A stretch of 64,000 nucleotides of DNA from assembly GCA_017481725.1 (NCBI GenBank), contig JAFUOX010000022.1:4668-68667 (forward strand), read 5' to 3'. The stretch comes from Kiritimatiellia bacterium (lineage in GTDB: Bacteria > Verrucomicrobiota > Kiritimatiellia > RFP12 > UBA3636). Both the position numbers and the translations under genes were made by a program. Every line of letters starts with the position of its first letter. Position 1 is the stretch's first letter. Positions 29,465 through 36,386 of this stretch are shown in pieces. The notes beneath the pieces are model-generated. The model was not told the DNA's origin. It saw nothing but the letters and a program-made list of their open reading frames with translations, and made no database searches.

Positions 29465-29712
29465 ACAGATGGCCGCTTGCGCTCTGGCCTTCGGCGAAAC
29501 ACGGAGCACACGTAGTGTGATTTTCCTGAGAACGGAGACACGGAGAGTTTTTGGAAATATCGTAGAAAGGGGCTTCAGCCCCTTTGACGTGCAATAGCAC
29601 GATCCTGCCTGCGTGGAGGCTACAAGGGTGGGGCTCTGCATTTCTGCGTCCCACCGTACATCACGTGCGTCACTTGTATCACGACCACAGCATCTCTGTG
29701 CTCTCTGCGGGG
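29465..29712 (+). repeat. GC-rich mosaic intergenic repeat, locus 2 (left edge of island)
   Basis: Core at 29482-29506, arm CACACGTAGTGTGATTTTCC, hairpin at 29566-29585, then GCGTCCCACCG and CATCACGTGCGTCAC modules shared with locus 3. Confidence 0.85.
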
Positions 29713-29737
29713 GATAATACTGCCGTAGCGTTATATT

Positions 29738-29773
29738 AAAAAACGAGAGAAGTTTTTTGCCTCTCTCGTTTTT
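29738..29773. terminator. hairpin terminator downstream of the LRR gene
   Basis: AAAAAA-CGAGAGA-AGTTTTTTGCC-TCTCTCG-TTTTT: a 7-bp stem with A/T runs on both sides. Confidence 0.6.
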
Positions 29774-29780
29774 GAATTGC

Positions 29781-30632
29781 TTAATCTACAGGGATGACTT
29801 CTACATCAAATTCATCAATACCAAGTTTGTTTCGTTTATCCATAAATTTTCTTGGTAGTTTTATGCTGGTTAAACTTTTACAGTCATGAAACACATCGTC
29901 ACCGATAGTTGTTACACTATCTGGAATCACAATGCTGGTTAAACTCTTACACCTAAAGAATGCACTTTTGCCGATGGTTGTTACACTATCTAGAATTACA
30001 ATGCTGGTTAAACTCATACAACCAGAAAATGCATAGTCACCGATAGTTGTTACACTATCTGGAATCACAATGCTGGTTAAACTCGTACACCAAGAAAACG
30101 CACTTTTGCTGATGGTTGTTATACTTGATGGAATTACAATGCTGCTTAAACTAGAACAATGAGAAAATGCCCAGTCGCCGATGGTTGTTACACTATTTGG
30201 AATCACAATGCTGGTTAAATGACAACAGCTATAAAACGCATAGTCGCCGATGGTTGTTACACCTTCAGGAATTATAATGCTGCTTAAAATAAAACAATGA
30301 GAAAATGCGAAGTTGCCGATAGTTGTTACACTATCTGGAATTACAATGCTGGTTAAACCATTACAATCAGAAAACGCTCTGTCGCCTATAGTTGTAACCG
30401 GAAGATTCTTTAAATTAGAAGGTATTTTAACTTTTCCCGTTGCTTTTGCTTTTAATATTACAATACCATTACCATTGCGAGTATATTCCAATTTCATACC
30501 ATCTATCGTTTCTATATGGTTTTTGCCTTCAATAAGGTCTGAGTTTGAAACATTATAAGCACATGATGATAATGCGAAACCTACAAGTGCTAACGCCAAT
30601 AAAATTAAATATTTTTTCATATTATTCTCCAA
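29781..30632 (-). CDS. BspA-type leucine-rich-repeat lipoprotein
   Basis: Lipobox ALSSC and about eight 23-aa units of the form LTSIVIPDSVTTIGDYAFSGCxS. Confidence 0.8.
   Translation of the reverse strand: MENNMKKYLILLALALVGFALSSCAYNVSNSDLIEGKNHIETIDGMKLEYTRNGNGIVILKAKATGKVKIPSNLKNLPVTTIGDRAFSDCNGLTSIVIPDSVTTIGNFAFSHCFILSSIIIPEGVTTIGDYAFYSCCHLTSIVIPNSVTTIGDWAFSHCSSLSSIVIPSSITTISKSAFSWCTSLTSIVIPDSVTTIGDYAFSGCMSLTSIVILDSVTTIGKSAFFRCKSLTSIVIPDSVTTIGDDVFHDCKSLTSIKLPRKFMDKRNKLGIDEFDVEVIPVD
29849..30410 (-). repeat. 69-bp tandem coding repeats inside the LRR gene
   Basis: Units have a 69-nt period. An identical 48-mer GTCACCGATAGTTGTTACACTATCTGGAATCACAATGCTGGTTAAACT occurs at 29898-29945 and 30036-30083. 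Confidence 0.85.
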
Positions 30633-30882
30633 AAATAAGTATCAACCTTTTTCTATTTTTTTATTATTATATAAAAATTTAAAAATCTGTCAAATGAACA
30701 CAACCTTCATTCCATTAGGGTATTAGTATTCATGCATTGCATTTTTATTGAAACCACAAAATCCCTAAATGACACGAAAGTTGGAGCGATTTTGTAGAAT
30801 ATATCAAGTAGAATTTATAATCCACAGAATATAAAAACTTTTCGTGTGTTTCGTGGTTGCTAAAACCGCATCTCGCGTGCAC

Positions 30883-31108
30883 ACAGATTGGTCGCTTGTG
30901 CTTGAGCCTTTGGCGAAACACGGAGGACAGAGAGGAACGGAGGCACGGAGAGTTTTTGGAAAATATCGGGAAATGGGCTTCTGCCCCTTTGGCGTGCAGT
31001 AGCACGCTTCTGCCTGCGTGGAGGCTAAAAGTGCGAGGGTTGGGCTCCACGTTTCTGCGTCCCACCGGCGTCATGTGCGTCACATACACGCTTGTGTCTG
31101 AGACTAGG
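30883..31108 (+). repeat. GC-rich mosaic intergenic repeat, locus 3
   Basis: Diverged core CTTGAGCCTTTGGCGAAACACGGAG (30901-30925). The locus is colinear with locus 2 through GCGTCCCACCGGCGTCATGTGCGTCAC and abuts promoter-module copy 1. Confidence 0.8.
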
Positions 31109-31157
31109 TGCAAATAGCATCAGTTGTTTTATAAATTTACAAAATCATTGATTTTAC

Positions 31158-31186
31158 TTGCAATAATTATTGTAATTTATTATAAT
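31158..31186 (+). promoter_or_regulatory. shared promoter-operator module, copy 1 (module 31109-31202)
   Basis: TTGCAA - 17 nt - TATAAT. The perfect palindrome CAATAATTATTG (31161-31172) overlaps the -35 and spacer. The module lies upstream of the NERD gene. Confidence 0.6.
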
Positions 31187-31383
31187 TTTGGCGTTGTTTA
31201 ATTCGAGAGGATATTGATTTTTCGTGTCTGTATTAAAGATATAAATGCGGAAATGTGTCAAAATGTAAAGAAAATCCTTTATTATTGACAAATGTCCACA
31301 CCAAGGCGAAAACTGCAATGATTGCCAATATTAGTGTATCTTAATATTTTGAATAACTATTATTACGGAAAGAGTTTTTTACA

Positions 31384-32013
31384 ATGTTTGACTTGATTGC
31401 TTTCTTAATAATTATTTATGTTGTTGTTTTGATTTTAAAGTCTCCTACGATTAAAGGTAAATTTGGTGAGGGGCTAGTTTCGTTTTGTTTTTATAGGTAT
31501 TTAGATAAGAGTAAATATCGAGTTTTAAATAATGTAATGATTAGTGACAATATGGGAGGAACTACCCAAATAGATCATATTGTGCTATCAAAATATGGTA
31601 TATTTGTTGTTGAAACTAAAAACTATAAGGGATGGATTTATGGTGATGCTAAATCCAGAACTTGGACACAAGTAATTTATAGGAAGAAGACAAAATTCCA
31701 AAATCCTTTTTTTCAAAACTACAAACACATTCAATGTTTAGCTAATACAATATGTGTTCCTCAAGAGTGTCTCCATCAAATCGTATTTTTCGCAGGAGAG
31801 TGTGAATTAAAGACAAAAGATAGGATGCCAGAGACAACCTTCGAGCGTGGAAGTGTGATGTGTAATTATATAAAATCATTTACTCATGAATGTTTTGACT
31901 ATTTACAGGTTGAAGCAATAGAAAAGCGTATCTTAAATGCCCAGACAGAAAACACTTTCCTAAACAGGCATGCCCATAAGTCTTATGTTCGCAATATCGT
32001 CAAAAAGAGATAG
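31384..32013 (+). CDS. membrane-anchored NERD (nuclease-related) domain protein
   Basis: N-terminal TM helix, then GEGLVSF...TTQIDHIVLSKYGIFVVETKNYKGWIYG...WTQ, the canonical NERD core. Confidence 0.8.
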   Translation: MFDLIAFLIIIYVVVLILKSPTIKGKFGEGLVSFCFYRYLDKSKYRVLNNVMISDNMGGTTQIDHIVLSKYGIFVVETKNYKGWIYGDAKSRTWTQVIYRKKTKFQNPFFQNYKHIQCLANTICVPQECLHQIVFFAGECELKTKDRMPETTFERGSVMCNYIKSFTHECFDYLQVEAIEKRILNAQTENTFLNRHAHKSYVRNIVKKR

Positions 32014-32069
32014 TTTTGTGTAAATTCTTTGCGAAAATCTCAAATAAGCAACTTGGTCTTCTTTTTTCG

Positions 32070-32242
32070 CTAGTGCTCTGGCCTTCGGCGAAACGCGGAG
32101 CACACGTAGTGTGATTTTCCTGAGAACGGAGACGCGGAGGGGTGCTGGGCAATTGTTAATATTTGCTTGCACAATTCTCCCTTGTCCTCCGCAAAAATCA
32201 CACTATGTGTGTCCGTGTTAAGCGAAAGCAACGAGTGAGAAT
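32070..32242 (+). repeat. GC-rich mosaic repeat, locus 4 (long-hairpin variant)
   Basis: Core at 32076-32100. Arm 32094-32119 pairs with 32191-32217 at about 22 of 26 positions with one indel. An inner GCGGAGG/CCTCCGC pair is present. The locus abuts promoter-module copy 2. Confidence 0.85.
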
Positions 32243-32291
32243 TGCAAATAGCATTATTTGTTTTATAAATTCACAAAATTATTGATTTTAC

Positions 32292-32320
32292 TTGCAATAA
32301 TTATTGTAACTTATTATAAT
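32292..32320 (+). promoter_or_regulatory. shared promoter-operator module, copy 2 (module 32243-32395)
   Basis: TTGCAA - 17 nt - TATAAT with palindrome CAATAATTATTG at 32295-32306; upstream of tcmP and the radical-SAM gene. Confidence 0.6.
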
Positions 32321-32364
32321 TATGGCGTTGTTTAATATTAAAGTATTGAACGGTTCAGTTTTGC

Positions 32365-32393
32365 TTGTTAAATTGTTAGTAAAGTGGTAAAAT
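32365..32393 (+). promoter_or_regulatory. possible second (extended -10) promoter inside module copy 2
   Basis: TTGTTA - 17 nt (ending TGG) - TAAAAT. The same layout is conserved in copy 3. Confidence 0.35.
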
Positions 32394-32515
32394 GGAGGTG
32401 CTTGAAAAATGTAAATGTATAGTGTAATGTTTATTCGTAAAGGTTAGTTTTTTATGTTTGTTAAATAAAATGATTTTCATAATATTTAGTTTTATTTTTT
32501 TATATAGAGGGTTTT

Positions 32516-33652
32516 ATGGATTCAAAAACATTTCATGGTCAAGTATTTGATGATGCAACAAAAACAAAATTAGAGTTGTATCGTATTTATTTAAACGAGT
32601 GGCTTCCTGTTTTTTTGAACGGTGTAAATGCAAGTTATATTAAAAACATTAATATAGTTGATTTTTTCTGTGGTCCAGGCATGGATTCAGATGGTGTAGC
32701 TGGTAGCCCTTTAATAGCTCTAAATGCTGTTTCTGATGCATTAGAAAAGAATCGAGACCGATTGTCTCCTTATGTTCGTGTGAATCTTTATTTTAATGAT
32801 ATTGATCAGTCTGTTATTTCGAAGCTTAAAGATGTGCTTCTAGAGCAAAAATATGATGATAATAGGATTAGTATGTTTTGTTCAAGTAAACCATTTCATG
32901 AATGTTATAATAGTTTTGCTTCACTAAAAGATGGTATACTACGGCAGGATTGTTCTGCAAATTTTCTTTTTATTGACCAATTTGGGGTAAAAGAGGTTTC
33001 TCAAGAAATTTTTCACGATATGCAACAGATTAGTCGAACGGATTTTATGTTTTTTATTGCGGCATCTATTGTTAATAGAATGCATAATCAGCCAAGTATC
33101 AAGGATAAAATTCCAGTTTTGACTGAGAAAGAAACTCAACGCATAAATGCAAAAAATGTTGTTCGTATCCTTGCTGATGCTTATAAGCGATGGAAGATTG
33201 GTGGTAAAGATTTTTATTTAGGACAATTTGCACTACGTAAACCTAAAAGTCCAAATGTAAATGGATTGATTTTTGGGTCAAGTAATATATTAGGGTTAGA
33301 TAAGTTTTTGCAAGCAGCATGGAAAGTTGAACCAGTTTTTGGTGAGGCTAATTATTCTGTTGATGATAGTGATTTAAGACCAGAAGCACCTTTTTTGTTT
33401 GATGAATTAAATGTGCCCACTCGTACAAAACAATTTAATAAAAATTTAGAAGATGCAATTTGTACAAAACAAATAAAAACGAATCATGAAATTTACTATT
33501 TTTCTTTGCAACAAGGTTTTTTACCTAAACATGCGAGAGAGGTTGTAAAAGAATTACAAAAAAGGAAGGTTTTGCTTAATTCAAAAATTTCAATTTCAAA
33601 TGATTGTTTGAAAAGTTGTCCTATTGAATTAGAAATAAGAGGTGAAGTATGA
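32516..33652 (+). CDS. tcmP: three-Cys-motif partner protein TcmP-like (methyltransferase-like fold)
   Basis: N-terminal TKTKLELYRIYLNEW, SAM-motif-I-like VDFFCGPGMDSDG, then FNDID and FLFIDQFG. There is a 4-nt ATGA overlap with the next gene. Confidence 0.6.
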   Translation: MDSKTFHGQVFDDATKTKLELYRIYLNEWLPVFLNGVNASYIKNINIVDFFCGPGMDSDGVAGSPLIALNAVSDALEKNRDRLSPYVRVNLYFNDIDQSVISKLKDVLLEQKYDDNRISMFCSSKPFHECYNSFASLKDGILRQDCSANFLFIDQFGVKEVSQEIFHDMQQISRTDFMFFIAASIVNRMHNQPSIKDKIPVLTEKETQRINAKNVVRILADAYKRWKIGGKDFYLGQFALRKPKSPNVNGLIFGSSNILGLDKFLQAAWKVEPVFGEANYSVDDSDLRPEAPFLFDELNVPTRTKQFNKNLEDAICTKQIKTNHEIYYFSLQQGFLPKHAREVVKELQKRKVLLNSKISISNDCLKSCPIELEIRGEV

Positions 33653-34389
33653 ATATAATTTATGAACCTAAAGGACGGGCAAAAGAATATTCAGATTTGG
33701 CTTGTAATGTGTATATGGGGTGCCCTCATGGATGTACCTATTGTTTTGCACCTGGATGTATGCGAAAAAAGGCAGAGGAGTGGCATGGACAAACGTATAT
33801 TCGCTCAAAAGCGCTTGAATTATTTAGAAAGGATGCAAAAAAACTTTATGAAACACATGATAAACGACCAATTCTTTTTAGTTTTTTAAGTGATCCTTAT
33901 CAACCATTAGAGGGAGAACTGCATTTAACAAGACAATGCTTGCAGATTGTCAAAGAGTATGGTTTATCCAGCAAAATTTTAACAAAAGGTAAAGCGGAGT
34001 ATATTGAACCTGATTTAGAACTGATAAAGGCTGCTGGTACTGAGCTTGGAATAACGATTTCGTTTATGGATGATGATAAACGTCGTATTTGGGAGCCAGA
34101 AGCTGCACCTATTGAGGAAAGAGTAATAATTTTAAAAAAAGCCCATCAGATGGGTATATATACGTGGGTAAGCCTTGAACCAGTCATAGACCCCAAAGAG
34201 GCTTTACGAGTGATTAGTGAGCTTTCACAATTTGTTGATTATTGGAAAATAGGCAAACTTAATCATAATAAAGAGGTAGAGAAATCAGTCGATTGGTATG
34301 GTTTTCGTGTAAAAGCAGAGGAACTACTAGAAAAAATAGGTGCTAAATATTATATTAAGGAAGATTTACGCAAGGCAAAAAAAAATTAA
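33649..34389 (+). CDS. radical SAM protein with N-terminal Cx3Cx2C (SplB/DNA-photolyase-like)
   Basis: YMGCPHGCTYCFA lies 20 aa from the N-terminus; 246 aa, the size of a partial TIM barrel. Confidence 0.7.
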   Translation: MNIIYEPKGRAKEYSDLACNVYMGCPHGCTYCFAPGCMRKKAEEWHGQTYIRSKALELFRKDAKKLYETHDKRPILFSFLSDPYQPLEGELHLTRQCLQIVKEYGLSSKILTKGKAEYIEPDLELIKAAGTELGITISFMDDDKRRIWEPEAAPIEERVIILKKAHQMGIYTWVSLEPVIDPKEALRVISELSQFVDYWKIGKLNHNKEVEKSVDWYGFRVKAEELLEKIGAKYYIKEDLRKAKKN

Positions 34390-35298
34390 CAATATCTGAG
34401 AGACAAGAACATACCAGATTGTTTTAACCGAGCGCCAATAACCATCCTACGTCTACTTTCTACAGGGCTAGAGCCAGTGAAAAGCCCGTCTTCAATGTAT
34501 TTATCGTATTGCGTTTTGTCAACATTGTCCTTAAAGTATTTTAAGGTTTTACTCATGTCATTTCTCCTTGATTTCGGACATGCTTCTTCCGCTGCTTTTT
34601 TGTACGGGCCTGCTTCTGCCGAACGTGCGACTTCTTCAACAAGATCTGGTGTGTAACGCCCAATAAGCCCCATTTGTTCGTCCTACGGGTAATGTCCACA
34701 ACGATTGATTTTGTCGTAGTAGTATGTCCTTTTGATAGTGCCGACATGCCCGAACCTACTGATAATGTCTATGTTCTTAGTGCCTGCATTACGTTCTCCA
34801 GGTTTGGGCGTATACTTTACCTTTGTAGCTTCAGATTGAAGGATTGCTGAGAGAAGTTTACGACAAATTCCAGTAGCAGCTTTCTCCATAGCATGTTCAA
34901 GTTGCGAAGTGCATCCAATGCCGTCTTTCGCTATTGAATCTAATGCCGCATTTGCTATTGCTTCAAGTTCCGTACCGCCTTCAAAGCAGATTTGGTGTAC
35001 TTTTTTTTGAGGTCGATTCTGCAGCAAGAATTGACTCAGCATCACTGCGGGACAATTCCATGAGAAGCTCCTTTGCACGCTTACCACCGTTGACAGCCTC
35101 CTCAAACTCGGCAAGCCGTTCTTCTGGTATATGCATTGCGTGGTTTTTGCCATCCTGCCACCACTGCAGGTTATGATAGACGGCAATTGTACCGTCTGCA
35201 AGTTTTTTGCGGTTTTCACAAATTTTACCCTGAACTGCGAACGGAATGTTCTCTAGTTTCCCTAATATTTCTGTCCTGCGGCGTATTTCTGTTTTCAT
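34386..35298 (-). pseudogene. decayed ISKra4-like transposase
   Basis: The remnant spans three ORF pieces. There is a frameshift between 34981-35298 and 34683-35219, and an in-frame TAG at 34683-34685 (CGHYP*DEQMGLIG). The catalytic core is missing, but the C-terminal SSPVESRRRMVIGARLKQSGM signature is retained. Confidence 0.6.
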
Positions 35299-35402
35299 GT
35301 TCTATGGTATAATAAATAATATTACAAAAATCAAAGTTTTTTATAAAGTTTTTGCAGAAAAATCTCTTTGCACCCTTAAATTCACAAAATTATTGATTTT
35401 AC

Positions 35403-35431
35403 TTGTAATAATTATTGTAATTTATTATAAT
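35403..35431 (+). promoter_or_regulatory. shared promoter-operator module, copy 3 (module 35378-35505)
   Basis: TTGTAA - 17 nt - TATAAT with palindrome variant TAATAATTATTG. Upstream of the small ORF, NUDIX and helicase genes. Confidence 0.55.
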
Positions 35432-35474
35432 TTTGGCGTTGTTTAATATAAAATATTGAACGGTTCAGTTTTGC

Positions 35475-35503
35475 TTGTTTTGTCCCTAAAAAGATGGTAA
35501 AAT
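35475..35503 (+). promoter_or_regulatory. possible second (extended -10) promoter inside module copy 3
   Basis: TTGTTT - 17 nt (ending TGG) - TAAAAT, at a position equivalent to 32365-32393. Confidence 0.35.
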
Positions 35504-35708
35504 AAGAGAAATTTGGTTAACAATTACCTTTGGTAATTAGTTTTGTGAGAGTAGTAAATAATTTGGTCTTTAGGGTGGGCTTTGTCGTGCGGCTTTCACG
35601 GCTTTCCAGAGCCTTAGATGCCCGCACTCCAAGGCGAGCCGTTTAACAACAAATGTAAAGGCCAAAGGTGGCTTATTGGGTATTTTTTGAGAAAATGGGG
35701 AAAGATAG

Positions 35709-35945
35709 ATGATTAGAACATCCTTCGCAGAATTCATTTTTTCTACTAACACAAATGGTAGTGGTAAGGCCGCGTCTTATATACGTGCGCTCGATATGCT
35801 TGGTCCGATTTTGACGAAGCATTATCCTGATGCTGCAGCAAAAAGTTTTTTTATAGTTTGTGAAGGACAAAAGATGTCGCTTCCAGTTAAATTCCTACCA
35901 TCTCAGAAGTTGCTCGAAAAGCATAGGGAATTGCTGGTGGGGTGA
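35709..35945 (+). CDS. 78-aa hypothetical protein (may be a gene remnant)
   Basis: The ORF ends 3 nt before the NUDIX gene. No domain was recognised. Confidence 0.3.
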   Translation: MIRTSFAEFIFSTNTNGSGKAASYIRALDMLGPILTKHYPDAAAKSFFIVCEGQKMSLPVKFLPSQKLLEKHRELLVG

Positions 35946-35948
35946 AAA

Positions 35949-36344
35949 ATGTTTTATGGTAATGTGATAGAAGTGGTTGGAGCCATTATTAAGGATGGTG
36001 ATAAGTATCTTATCGGACAGCGGCCGGCGCATAAGTCGCAGGGTGGTTTGTGGGAGTTTATGGGCGGGAAGATCGAGCCTGGGGAAACTCCTGAAGAGGC
36101 GCTTAAGCGCGAGTGTCTTGAAGAGTTGGCGCTAGAAATTGAAAACGAGCGGATTATTGATTCTGTTGTGCATGAATATTCAGAAAAGACAATTCGTCTT
36201 ACATTAATTGAATGTAATCCGAAGAATGGATCAGTGCCGCAAGCATTGGAACATCAGGAGATTCGCTGGGTAACGGTATATCAAATGGGAATGCTTGAAT
36301 TTGCGCCGGCAGACCAGAAACTGATATATAAACTTTTTCGTTAA
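35949..36344 (+). CDS. MutT-type NUDIX (d)NTP pyrophosphohydrolase
   Basis: Nudix box GGLWEFMGGKIEPGETPEEALKRECLEELAL; 131 aa. Confidence 0.8.
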   Translation: MFYGNVIEVVGAIIKDGDKYLIGQRPAHKSQGGLWEFMGGKIEPGETPEEALKRECLEELALEIENERIIDSVVHEYSEKTIRLTLIECNPKNGSVPQALEHQEIRWVTVYQMGMLEFAPADQKLIYKLFR

Positions 36345-36386
36345 GTTAATGATGATGTTAATCGAAAACAAGGGAATCAGTAAGCG

